Positions 27,762 through 41,600 of a stretch of 64,000 nucleotides of DNA are shown here, piece after piece. Both the position numbers and the translations under genes were made by a program. The notes below the pieces were generated by a model. That model was not told the DNA's origin. It did no database searches and saw nothing but the letters and a program-made list of their open reading frames with translations. Numbering within the stretch: the stretch's first letter is position 1; each line of letters opens with the position of its first letter. The DNA is taken from contig OZ176051.1 of NCBI GenBank assembly GCA_964247055.1, forward strand, positions 6,944,001-7,008,000. The letters run 5' to 3'. Source of the stretch: Paragordius varius. Lineage: Eukaryota > Animalia > Nematomorpha.

Positions 27762-29181
27762 TTATCTTATGTGCATTTTAAATTTTTTGCATGTTCGCAT
27801 ATGAGGCTTAAGTAGAATACTGTTTCCTTCGATAGTAACTAAATGGGAATCTACCAGTAATGCAAAATGGCATCCAGCCTTTGGTATAGCTAAATTATAT
27901 TAAATAATATTAAAAAAAGGATTTTTAAATTATAAACTATTGTTTTGAGTATTTAAATAGAAATAAAAATCTATATTGCCATATTTTCAATGTTATATTT
28001 CCGGATAAAGATTGCATTATAAAAAATCAAGAAAAATATGTTTACTTAATTGGAAAAAAAATCGGATTATATGGTTCGAAACTAAAACATACACATATAT
28101 ATACTTTTAACTTTGTCATCGCGGCGAACAATTTTAAATGCATTTTTCGTTTCCATGACAACAATACCAATTTGTCCCAAAAGGGTAGAACAAGTTTTTC
28201 CCCGATCACATGACACAACTTTGATTAAAGCACCATGATAATCCATTTTAAGTATTTTGACATGTAATGCCTCATCAAAATTTAATCTATTATTTTGTTG
28301 TTGTATACTGCTCTTTGGGGTTTGTTTAAACCTAATTTATAATATAAAACATTTATATAATTAACAAATGTGTATTATGATTGATTTTATTTGTCAGGGT
28401 TTGTCGCTTTTTAATGCAGATTGATAGTTAATAAATATTATTTTTGAATCATTAAACCAACTTAAAATGCCCAGAGTTTAATTTAAAAAAAGAAAGTTTA
28501 TTGGGATATTTACAAATGTAGTTATAAGAAAAAAAATATGCTAAACAATAATAAGTCTAAAAAGCACCTTAAATGCGACACTTAAAATATGACAAAACTA
28601 GGGGTACTTAAAGGCATGATATGGAACATAAATTGCAAACTTAGATCTCAAAAGTTAAACCCAAAAAACATTTTGGGAAATATAAACAAACATTTATGAA
28701 TTTTATTGATCAGGGAAATAAATCATACATCAATCGACTTCGATTGGAATAAAAATAGATGACTAAAATAGAAAAAAGCTTTTGATACTATAAGGTTATA
28801 AAAATATTTAAAAAAATAATACTTATCTAATCCAAGATATGTATGAGCGTATGATCTCCATAAAGCATGTAATTGCGCATATTGACTATATTTAAGAGAT
28901 TTTGGGATTTTATAATAATTCAGTTTTTTTGCCAACTTAGCAGAAATTATTTTAAGTTTATTTGGTTTAGTCACTTTAAGGTTATGGGTTGTTTTCCGTT
29001 TTTTACGGGGCATCCGCTTTCTTGTATCGCGTAAATTAAGAACGGTATGAACAGCCACATTGATTGCCTTCTCATCATTGGGTCTTGTAACAATTTGACT
29101 TAAAAAAATTTTCAAAAATTGGTTAGAATTTTGGAAAAAATTATAATCTCCTTGAGCATTAATTAATAAAATACCAGACAT
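27762..29181 (-). CDS. POP4: RNase P/MRP protein subunit p29 (POP4/Rpp29)
   Basis: YKIPKSLKYSQYAQLHALWRSY; KMDYHGALIKV...GQIGIVVMETKNAFKIV...KVK|TIPKAGCHF. Exons are in phase. Confidence 0.9.
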
Positions 29182-29449
29182 AAGTTAGGTGAGTACTTGC
29201 AGCATGAAGCTAGCTATAAAAAATTCAACCATATGTAAATGATTTTAACACTTGGATACAACACATTTATTTTAGTTCTTCCATTCAAATTTGGGTTAAA
29301 TACCCCAGGCTTGTTTAAAATTTTTAAAAAATATGGAAGGAATCGAAACCATAGCAAAATTTTGCACTTATATAACATTAATAAATTGGAATATATAAAA
29401 ATTTTATTCAAATATACTTGATATTACTTATTTTAAGTTGAAACCGAAA

Positions 29450-29690
29450 GGTAAAAATTAGATCAACGTGACATGTGTGCAATGGTAAAATTGAAAAATA
29501 ATACAAAATAAACCGCTTTTTCTATTTGTATCAATGTTAGATGTCATTTAAATAAAAAATTTGCCTTTATTTTACGCTTAAAATCAAATGAAGACGAAAC
29601 TTTGCAAAAAAAAATTAAAATAAAAATGGCGTCGAAGAGGTTTGACATGGAACTTTTTTCAAAACGAAATTTTATTTAGATATTTTGGCA
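29450..29690 (+). repeat. Dispersed repeat family B, copy 1
   Basis: Its reverse complement matches 50295-50505 (GACATGTGTGCA, AAAATAAACCGC, AAAATGGCG, ATGGAACTTTTT). Confidence 0.7.
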
Positions 29691-29696
29691 GGGCCA

Positions 29697-31785
29697 CATG
29701 CGGCCCTTAGTGCTTTAAAACCTTATGAAAATATTGATAACTTATTTTCTTTTGTTCATCAATTTTTAAAAAACACATAAAAGAATTTTTGCTCATTTTA
29801 AAATTAATTTATTTTCTTTTGATTTAATTTTGGTAATTTTTATTTTTATATGGAGATAAATTTCATAATTTTGGCACACGTTGTTTCTGTTTCTGTATTC
29901 TATTTTTTTCTATTTTAAAATTTTTATTGCTTTCCTTTTTTGTATTTAAGCAACCCTTTTCCCCAAAGTTGCATATACATATTCATTGCTATCCTGCATC
30001 ATTTTTTATAACTCATTCCCATAAAATAATTTTAAAATGAACATCATTAAATTTCGACCTGTTTTTTATAGCATAATTCATATTATTTTCCTATTTTTTT
30101 GAAAAAATTAAATAATAATTAAATATAAATTTAAAGGATGACAACTAATGATAAAAATCGTAAATTATCCGATGAAAATCGCTTTTTTAAAAAAATGGAA
30201 AAAAAATTCTTTGTCGTTTTAAATAAATATATGTAAGGACAACATAATTATAAAAAAATACAATATTAAAAGGCATTTTACAATCCATCATTCCCATAAA
30301 TTACCAGAAAATTATGAGGAAATAAACGAAAAATATAAAAAATTTAAGGTTATACCAGAAAAATCTATATGTCCATAGCCTCATAGGAAAAAGCTGTAAC
30401 ATTAGCTTCGTATGAAATTTGCTATATTTTAGGAAAGATATGAAACTGTTTACTGATTCCCAACTAATAATAGAATATCTAATAAATGATTGCTCTTTTT
30501 TATTCGATAAATTCCATAATAAAGATCAAATCATGAGGCAAATTAAAAAACTTCAACTTTCTGATTCAACATGTGCTCGACACATTGAAGATATATTTAA
30601 ATATATTTTGAACATACCTTATTAGCTCTCAAAAACTGCAAATATTTAGTCTTGCTATTGATTCTAGCACTGATATTAGTCCAATACCCTAATGTGCTAT
30701 CTTCGTGAGATTTTGCAACGTCAACATAATTAACGAGGAAGATTAAAATTTTTTACCAACGAATAATACCACGAAAGGAAGTGATTTTCTCGAAATAATT
30801 AGCACATTTTTTGATAATAATGGTATATCGATGAAAAAATTGGTTTCGATTTACACAGATGGCTGTTCCTCTATGTTTGGAATAAACAAAAAACTTATTC
30901 CTCTTTTGAAAAATAAATATAATTTGCAAATTATTTTATGCTTTCACTGTTTTTTAATTTTTTTAATACAAGTCTTCAAGGGAGCAAATTAATATTTATC
31001 AAATATTCGCTTTTGAAGAAAATTTATAATATACAAACATGATTTTATAAATAAAACACTCCTATATTTTCCAACCCTTAAAACGATTCATGAAGAAAAT
31101 ATGGAATTTACGACGGAGATTAATTTAATAGACAATCATCTAACATTAACTAATGAGGTGAAATTCTTTCAAGAATTAAATATTAAATTGCTTAAAAATC
31201 GTCAAAATCCATGGTATATGGATAAATCCAATATTAAGCAACTTAAGCATTTTGGTTTTGATTAGGCGCATATCATCGAAGAATTCGAAGATTTTAAAAA
31301 TGATTCCAATTTGGAGGCTGTATTCAAGGAGAATCGTAGAGAAGAAAGATATGTAGAGTTTTGGCAAGATATGCCAAACAAATGTAAAAATATAAAAAAA
31401 TGTGCTCAGGTTATCCTAACTGTTTTCCCCTCAACTTATACGTGTGAGACGACATGTCAAGAATACATACAGAAATCGCTTAACCGATGATCATATGGAC
31501 GACGAATCAAGATTGACCTATAAGGTGAAACCAAATTTGTCAAAAATTATTGGTCGATACCAAAATAAATGTTGTTATCAAAATATTTTAATTTTTTAAC
31601 TCAATGGTAAAAAACGAGTTTTTATCTGGATTTACATGCGCAAAAAATTCATTGTGCTGATTTAAAGTATCAATATGTGAATAGGTGTCAAATAGCTATG
31701 GATATTTGCCTTTATAACGTTCATGGCCCTCGAAAAAAAAATATATTTTATTTGGCCCGTCAAATTTTTTTGGTGAGTACCGCTG
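29697..31785 (+). mobile_element. Degenerate hAT (Charlie/GTF2IRD2-like) transposon with transposase relic at ~30250-31560
   Basis: Relic peptides LQLSDSTCARHIEDI, LAIDSSTDIS, TDGCSSMFG, CFHC and FPSTYTCE. Right end ...GGCCC...GGTGAGTACCGCTG and left subterminal GGGCCACATGCGGCCC. Confidence 0.8.
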
Positions 31786-34315
31786 TATTAAAGTGTAAAA
31801 TCAAGGGCGTGATTAATTCACCTTTCAAATTTGCACCTGTACTCGCTCAAATGTAAAAATATGAGATTTCGTGCATAAACAAGGTTACAAAACCGTGTAT
31901 TTGAAGCGAATTCCCTGACATGAGTGCTGATTTTTTAAGGAGAAGTATTTTTTATTTATCTAAGAATGCGACAAGCATATAGCCCTTTTTTTCCATGGGT
32001 TTAGCTACGCACCGTATAATCATTTTTTGCATAAAGCAACGAAAATAGTTATATACCCAAATTCTCCGAATACGCAGAAGAGCATTTTGACTCGTTAACG
32101 ACCCTACTTATTTGTCTTATAAAGGTAAAGATTATAGCTGTGCGTTTTTTAAGTGTTAATAGTGCCCAACCAGATGTAAATTGACACCACACATGTCAAT
32201 TTAGTATTTTTCCGGTTCAAACCTCCAAATTTAATTATCTTATAAAAATTTAGTATGGCAACGATCATAGTGGCGGAATTTTATCAGTTGCATCCATACC
32301 TCACTAAAATCACGTTTTATGATAGAAAAAAAAGGAAAAGGGGTAAAAAATTGTCCTTCTCAAGACACAAAATTTTTTTCATTTCTTGTTTCGCCACTAC
32401 TCACATAAATTCAACAAATATAAATAACCCCCACTACAATTCAATAATAGAGATTTATTATTTTATAGATATGCCAATAGTGTCATTTTTAAAATTTGCC
32501 GTTTTTTCGCTCATCCTATGCAAAATAGGGGTTAATAAAGAAATACAATCCCGAAAAATAATCTCTTTTAAGCATTTTTCTCCAAAACGCGGTAAAACAA
32601 TGCTCGCGCCAAACACAGTTTAGCCTTTAATAACACTAGTCGACAAATTTGAACATTTTTAAGTACCACCACTCAAACTTTGTATATTATGACTAATTTC
32701 AGTGTTTTAAAACCGAATTTAAAAAAAAATTTGATCCCACCAATCAGAATTTTGAAATTTTATAGGTTTCTCAATTTTTCAAAAACAAGTGAAAATCGAG
32801 AGAAAATTAAATATAACTTTATAATAAAATGTTATTATATTATAAACTTAATATCATTGAATAAAGCGTTTTAAACTCTATCGTTTGAATATAAATATGT
32901 CATTTAAATATCAGAGAGAAAAAAATAGTACGGACTTAAACGTCAAAATTTAGTCTTTTTTTTCAAGTGAATTTTTAACACATATAAAATTTTTTTAAAA
33001 AATACTAAAAAAGGCATTCTATGCTTTAAACCTTCGGCTTTCAGATAGGCTATATTTTTTTTTAGTTTTCGTTCTTTCAAGTACTTATTAGACTTTTTCT
33101 CTTGAGTTGGTTCTTATAACAAATCCTTTATTTATACCTCGTGGATATACCTTATTTTTTTAAAATTATCGGTTGTTTTGTATTTTGAATTTCAGATGGA
33201 TGTTGTGTAGCCACTCTTAGTAGAATTTACTGTTATGGGGTTGGACCATTTGTATTTACCTAATTTATATTCAATTTAATTGTAAAATTTATCTAACTTT
33301 ATTCTGTAAATTGGTTAATTTGACATGTCAATTTGCCTGGATTTTGCTTGCAAGTCACTCTTATCGGACTTTACGATTACTTATTGTTATCTTTGCCACA
33401 TCTGGCATAATTATAGGATCGCTTGGGGGATATGCAGAGCTTGTGCAGCCGCCCGGATCTATCACACTATAATGCGCCCTTTTAGATTTTTAATACTTTG
33501 GCTCTTAGCTTGTTTAGTATCTTATTTAATGCCTAGAATTTGTTATCCATGCATGAAAAATTACTTGTATCGACTTGGTTGTTTGAATATTTAAACATAT
33601 GTACACGAGAAATGATTGTTATTTTTGAATTAAATACAAATTTAAAAATTAAATTTTGAAAAAATCCTATTGGTGGCCTCAATTTTCTTTTTTGTTTTGG
33701 CCTATCTATGCCATTAGCTATCAGAAAATGCAAAAATATTGGGGTGGTGCAAAACCTTGTTGAGCATTATAATTAGCCCTCTTACTCTACATCTCCGACT
33801 ACCGCTTTTGCAACAAACTAAGTTCCCAAAAGTAAAGCCATGAATCAATTCTGTAATAATTAGAGGTTATAAGCTCTTACTATGTTAAGTATGCCATTAT
33901 ATAAAATTTCGTGGTTTAAAAAATCATATTTTTAGACTATCGATAAAAAGTGGATGATTGTGATATTTCAGAAAATTTATTGTTTTCGCTACATTCATCG
34001 AACGCGCAAAAAAAACATATATCTAGTAATTAGTAGGGGTAAAACTAGATTATGTCATAAAAATCTTAAAAATGCTAAATATCTTCCAGCATATTTAAGC
34101 AGATAAAAGACAAAAGTTGTAGGACAAATTTACCTATTTTGAGTAATTTTCTTATAGACATAAATGAATGTTTAACGAAATTTGGAAATTAGTCAAAGGA
34201 GAGGTAATTGTAAAATTGGTTTAAAAAATAAATATATTAGGAAAAAAATATGGAAAATATAACAAAATACAATAGAGATAATTGTTATAAAACTCAGTTA
34301 AAATTCATTAATATA

Positions 34316-35940
34316 CCATTTACAGTTCGAATACACCCTTGAACAGTTAAAATTCACACTCGAAGAATTCAAATTCACCCTAAAATAAATTATATGTTTT
34401 TTAAGATTTAAAATTACCTTTATTTTATTATATTTTTAAAATATAAAATTATGTTTAAAATTAAAATAATGCTGAAAATATAATAAACTATGTCGTAAGA
34501 ATATATTTTATATTAGCTAGCCCTGGCAAGATTCGCTGTGACATAGTCACACCAATAATTATTCTTAATAATTTGCAATAAATAGAGGTAATGGAGATAA
34601 AAAAATAATAAAAACATTGAATACTTTTACGGATTTTTGCATAGGCTTAAATATGGTTTACATGAAAATGACAATATATAAACTCCCTAATTAAAGTTAA
34701 TATTCAATATCATTGGAATTATTTTAAGATTTTCATTTTTCGAAATCATGGAAAGTGTTAATTTGAAATTGTGTTTCACACATCTGGGATTAAGGGATAT
34801 AAAAAGAAATCATTTGTTGTACCTTTATAAAGGAAAGAATGATATTATACAAATTCCCCAGAAATGTGTTTAAATGAACTCGTATAACTACTTAAGATTT
34901 TTGAAAATTAGCCCCAAAACCACGATATTTTAGTATGGCGTCTCAGTTTTAAACCGGTAGACCCCTATCCATAGACCTATATGTAAAAAGAGTTAAAATC
35001 TTTGCTTTTATAGGCATTTGGAATCATCTTTGAGACCATCGTCTCATGAATTTTTCAAAAAAATACCTCAACTAATCGTTATATGATGGCGTATTTTTAG
35101 GATATAAAGGTCTCAAATTAACGGCTACTAAAAAAACGCCTGACCTTTTTTACCTAGTTACGTGTAATATTTCAAGCTTTTAATGAGCTCATATGGCTTT
35201 ATAAATTTTCTGTAAATTAGCTCCAAAACAACGCAATTTCTATATAGTGGCGCAGTTTTTGGCGGCTAGTTCCTTACCCCGGGGCACTGAACGCTTTTTC
35301 CATATATGTCTATGGGTAGGGGTCTACCGGTTTAAAACTGAGACGCCATATAAAAATGGCGTGGTTTTGGAGTTAATTTTTAAAAAACTTAAGAAGCCAT
35401 ACGAGTTCAGTCAAACACATTTCTGGGTAATTTGTATAATATCATTCTTTCCTTTAAAAGGGACCACAAATGATTTATTTTTGATATCCCTTGATCCCAG
35501 CCGTGTGAACACAATTTCAAAATAAAACTTTTTACCATAATTTTGTAAAACGAAAATCTTATAATAAATCCAATGATAGTTGAATATTAACTTTAAAAAG
35601 GGACTGTTTAAATATGGTCAATTTCGATAAAACAATATTTGAATTTATAAAACATTTAAAAAAATATTTAAGACATTCTTATTAAATATGTTTATTATTG
35701 TTTTTTATCTCCATTTATTTTTGCAAATTATTAAGAATAATTATTGGTGAGACTACGTCACAGCGAAGCGTGACTGGCCAACTAGTTTTAAATAAAGTTT
35801 AATTTTTTAGAATATCAAAAAATATAAGCAATTTGTAATTTCCAAAAAAATAAATTAATAAGGATAAATGGAGCCGAAATTTAATATTTTTAGGGTAATT
35901 GAGAGTGTTTAAGGGTGAATTTGAGGTGTACGTTGTATAT
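34316..35940. mobile_element. CCATTTACA-subfamily element interrupted by a Helitron-like palindrome
   Basis: Left arm CCATTTACAG...AATTCAAATTCACCCTAAAA at 34316 and a degraded right arm TTTTAGGGT...AGGGTGAATTTGA near 35890-35925. Confidence 0.55.
34517..35785. mobile_element. Head-to-head pair of Helitron-like elements forming an imperfect palindrome
   Basis: ~480-bp inverted arms. The right end is GTCAC-AGCGAAGC-GTGAC hairpin, TGGCCAA, CTAG|T. The left end is a degenerate reverse-complement equivalent. Confidence 0.7.
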
Positions 35941-37502
35941 AATTCAAATCAGAAGTATTTCATAAAAATATATATTGAACAAAAATTTAGATGGCTCAAA
36001 ATCTGCGTCGCTATTTATCAAATAAAATGAAAAAAATATTAATTTACATAAAACTCGTTTTTCTTTAATAAATATAAAATTAATAGTATTTTACACATAT
36101 CCTGAGAATTGGAAAAAAAATATTTTATTTTTTTATTGGCTTTGGATTCTAAAATACCCACAGACTTGTAAGTTTGTTTGTTAAAAGAATATTTCAAACC
36201 GTTATAACTCAAAAGCTAACCACATTGAATCGGAAAAAATGAATGATTACCACCGCTGTAGCTTAGGAATTTTGGGTAACCGAAATCTTATAAATATACA
36301 TTTATGATTTTAATAACACCATCTAAATTAAACTAAATTATGTGTCTTAGCCATCTTATTTATTTTTGCCAAAAGAATTAAAGAAATTGATATTCACACT
36401 CTCCTGAATGCATTTTTATAAGCCGGGCTATGTTTATACACATAGAACGGATTTAAAGAATGATATTATCTTGGTTAGTTTTTGTTGGTTTATAAAATTG
36501 AAAAAATTGACATATTTAGCCATATGTTATATTTGGGAGCTCTCGGTGGCGAGATGGATCTTAAAAAATAATGTAATGGTCCTTGTCAGGGGACGCCTAT
36601 TTATTTTAAGTATTATAGCTAAATAGATTAACATGATAAAATAACTTATATACAGTGGTGTATTAAAATTATTTGACCATTATTTTTAACATGTTTGATT
36701 AAACGCTTAGAGTGGCCTTAATTGCATAAATTGTTGCGACAAGATGACTAAACATTCAAATATAAATTGTTTATACAGTTTAAAGGAAGAAATTTACTTA
36801 ATAGATAAACCGTCATAACTGATGTCGTACATGCAAAAATTTGCTGTCCTCTTACGATACCAAGTCACCTTAATAACATAATTGTATATTATATATATAT
36901 ATATATAACATTTTCTCCCTGTTAACCTTAATATGGCACAAGTTTATATCTACGCATATCATTGAACCAATGAACGGTGTTTAAATTAATTTACAAGGCA
37001 ATAAATAGAAACTCTATCTATATATTTTATTCAAATAAACATTTTGTGGTTTAAATAGAGAAATTAATAAGGATTTTAACAATTTTGCTCCATATATAAA
37101 GTGCTTTTTGCTGATAAAACTCGTTCATATATCTTATATTTTTTATATATCAGACCACTATTAAACATTTTTATACACTTATCCGATATGACACCAGAAG
37201 AATTCCTGTTCAATATACCGTATAATTTCCAGACTTATTTGTGGCGATTCTAAAGTAGTACCTTAGGCACATACAAAAGATGAATAATTTAATTGAATAT
37301 ATCCCTAATGTTATGTAAATTTGTTTAAATTCCATAAACTTTAATGGATCAACTTTTTGTGTTGATCGGAGCTTATCCATATCTATGTAAATTAACTAAT
37401 TTACAATTTAAACATTATGTGGTGTTTGTTTTAAGTTGATAAAGTTTATCAAAACAACTTTGTTTTACATTTATTTAATATAACTAATTTAAACATAAAG
37501 TA

Positions 37503-37674
37503 CAGTGGCGTATGCAGTAAAAGATTGTTAGTGCAAAATAATCTTAAACAGGGGGACAATTTTCATATATTAATTATCATTCAGTCCTATTTATAAACAT
37601 ATACATAATATCCCCCTGTTTTGTGTTCATTAAGATTATTTTGCACTAACAATCTTTTACTGCATACGCTACTG
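37503..37674. mobile_element. Tc1/mariner-type MITE
   Basis: ~45-bp TIRs with one mismatch (CAGTGGCGTATGCAGTAAAAGATTGTTAGTGCAAAATAATCTTAA) and a TA TSD. Confidence 0.9.
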
Positions 37675-38628
37675 TATAGTTTACTAATATAAAAAATTGG
37701 TTTAAAAGATATCCCTCAATTTTGTCCCCTTTATTAGTTGTGTGTTTATGTTTTGTTTTAATGGTCAGTCAATTAAAAATTATACTAAATAAATTTACAC
37801 ATGTCCCTCTTGTGTAGTAAAAATTATTTTAATAATATATTAATATTCAATATTCATATACCCCCTTTATTTATCGAATCACAGACACAACATTAAAACA
37901 ATAGCCTTTGTCTTCGTTTCGCGCCCCTTTATTTCATGACCAATTGAAAAATATTTGCTTGGTAATTATACTACCCTCCCCCATGTCCTATTTTGCAATA
38001 ATTCTTTTTTTTCAATATTTATTAATTATTGTTATTTGTATTATTTACTTTTTGAAAATACCCTTTTGCTATCTATAATTTTTCCCCGTTAAAACTCATA
38101 TCCCAATTTTCATTTCCTCACCATAATATTGATTATGAGGGATGTTTGTGTTTCTAGTGCCATGTAAAAAAACAGTTTAGGGTTTAAACACCCTAAGCTC
38201 TTAAAAAAATCATGACTAGATCCACACTCATCCCTAATGGTCAAAAATATCTTCAATGGATCCATATAATTATATCATAGCTACAGTAATAATTTACACA
38301 AAGGTGAATGCCACCCGGAACGATGTTTTAATAGTTTGGTAATATCAAGCTCAAGAGCTGACAAATTGAGAAGTGATTTTAAACACACTCTCTCTAAAGT
38401 CACTTTTGTAGCGCGATAACAGAAAAAAAATCATCACCGGGTACACATTCATCAATGTGTATTATGTTAAACAACACTCGGTTTATAAAGTTTCATTGTT
38501 AGTATACATTAATCCTCTAAACTTTAGGCTGATCAAATCAAAAGTAAAACAGGTTTGTACCTTGCTAAATATCTCTATATAATTAATTTTATACATTGTA
38601 TACATCATATTAATATTATAAGATTATT

Positions 38629-41600
38629 TTAGTCATTTGGATAAGGCCTTTTATTAGGTCTAGATTGCTGTTGAGTTGTATCCAAATTATTTCCATTAGG
38701 TTTAGGGGCGAGATTTTTAGTGCTTTGATGCCCTGATAACACTGCATACGATTCTTGCTGTATAAAGTTAAATAGGATTTCCGAAGTAACGGGGTGCATA
38801 ATGCTATACATGACACCTAAAATATTAAATATCCAGTTAAACAAAAATAGTTGATTTCAAGTAATTTTAAAGTGCTTTATAAGATTTCAATATATTTTTT
38901 TGGAAAAAGGTTTACTTTCGGCCGTGCTTATGTGATTGGGAAAAGATTTATCTGTTCGATGTTTCATAAATACCCATTGATTATCTTCGTATTTGCATTC
39001 AATAATTTTATCGTGATATTCTTTAATTTCGTTGGTTACCTAGCGCAATAAAACATAAGAAAAGAATGAATTGTTGTTTATTAAATATGTTTAGTTAAAT
39101 AAAACTGCTCCCCTACTTCCCAAAATTCTTAAGTAGTTTATAAACAATTTAACTATGCCATAATTTATGACAAAACAAAGAATATAGGCGCTTATTTGAA
39201 TATAACAATATTTGATACTTAATATGACAAAAATAGGATTTAGCGCTTAATTCCTCATGACATACAATATACACTAGAGAAAAACTGTATATTTTTATTA
39301 GTAAGGCTTTCATAATAAAATAATGGTGTTAGCTGATAGATTTTAGAATGAATGAGACGATAAAATTGATAAGATTGAGAGAGCTTGGTGTCATCCCTAT
39401 AAAACTTGATTATCCGATTATTATTGAAGGCACATATTTAGCTTAGATCACCAATGGATTCGCAAACAGCATATATTAAAAATATATGGGCATTCATAAT
39501 GGTTTTAAACTTTCAGATATAAGACTGTGAAAAATCGCTAATATAATTGCTATTTCATAGTAGGTTGCCAATTGAAAAAATTCCCTATTCAGAAAAATTC
39601 TTTGAGGATAAATTATTCTAAGATTTATGGGCATATTTTTGTAAGGAATTGTATTCATCAGAAATTGTTCTAAATTTTTCACATGCCCCGTGTTGACGCC
39701 CCTGTTTTATAGGTTGCGCTTAAAATTGTTATTTTTAGTTATATATAACCCTTCTAATTATGAATCATCATAACTTATATGGCGGTTGAAGCAGTTCAAC
39801 GTGAACCTACTTATAAAGTAAGAATGACTTGCCTCACCTGTGTCTACTCTTAACTTCATATCGTAAAATTTATAATGCAGAAAATGGACAAATATATCAA
39901 TATAAGGTTGTCAAAATCACTTGACAAACTAAGCGTTTAAAATGAAAATTCAGAAATTCGACATTATCCATTCCAAAAACACACACTAAATTATGATAAG
40001 AAAAGCGGATGCTAAATTTATACGACCCCACTAAGTCAAATCAAATTTGCATCAACTGTACCAAATCGAACCTTTAAATGTTATGCTCAGAAAAAATAGG
40101 CTTAGATATTTCGGACACATCAAACGTGCTCCAGAACAATGGACAAATAAAATTTTATCCCTACATCCCGAAGGTAACAATCGCAGGGGCAGACCAACAT
40201 TTAACTGGGAAAAAACAATAAATAATGATTTAAGTGTTGCCAAATCGCAAATATTACATACAGACAGCTTCTATACGGATACAATGGCTAGTCATTACAC
40301 ATAGACGATACATTAATGCCATAAAAAACAAACAATCCAAGTGTTTTCTAAATAACCCCATTTAAAAATTGTTAATAACACAAGCATATTCAATGGGTCA
40401 TCGTTTCTCGGTGGTCATAACATTTCAATTCAGTATTTGGATAATTTTCCAACGACTGCTTAACCAATAGAGAAAGCTCGACGAAAATGTTGCATTGTCT
40501 TTGTATATATAAACAACAGGCGTAGCTAATTCAGAAATAATTTGGAAGATACGATTAAAAAATAAAACTATTTCAGATATAAACAAAATATTATTGCATG
40601 AACTTCAAAGAGTTCAAATTTGGGATACAATTAAATAAAAAAAGCACAGAAAACGCGGCCGTTGCGAAATTCACCGAATGAAAACTCACAAAAATAACAA
40701 ATATAACTTGCGTCGATACTTTCTTTTGCACAAAAAAACCGAAATCAATATGAGTAGTCAAACAAATAACCAAAATATCGCCTACACTGGTCATATCAGG
40801 TTTATGATTCACTTTATGTTGTTATATTTGTTTTTTCCAATTAATTTGCGGTTTTTTTAAGACACTGTGTAAATCAATCATCTTGTTACAATCAGAAAAA
40901 ACCCGTAATTTATCATCCGCCTGGGCTTCAATGAAAAGTTAAAAAGTTGCTGCAAAATAGTAAAAAAGCATAAAAATAGACCAAAATAGTGATTGCGTAG
41001 AATATGAAAATTTCCAAGCAAAAATGAATTATCCTTTGTAAATGTATGGCATTTCAAGTATAAAGACATTAACTATTGAATATGTGACATAAAATTATAA
41101 ATATAATATACAGATAAAATTTTGAAAGTTTTCACAAATAAAAAATACATGTCATGAATTAGGTCACAAAGCAATTAAATTAGAGAAAAAATCAAAAATT
41201 TATCAAATTAATCATATAAAATTACCCCTTTTTGTTTAAAATATGAAAGAAAATCTTAAAAATACATGAATAAAAAACCCCATTTAACCAGTTTTTTTAT
41301 GAAATTGCTATATATTTAAAAAGGCGTCGTAACCCTTAAAAATCAGTTTTATGTCCAGGCATATTAAATTTAAAAAAGGAGATAAACTTACTTTGATTTG
41401 TGCTACTGGCTTATCATGGCCACCGACATATAAATAACCTTTACTCTCTGGTAACATTCTAATATTCATGGAAACACATTTTATACAATGAGTAAAACAT
41501 TTAAAAAAATTCTCAAATAATATACATTTACAATTCAAATTCACTCTAAATAATTTATATGTTTTTTAAGATTAAAAATCTATATTTATATATATATTTT

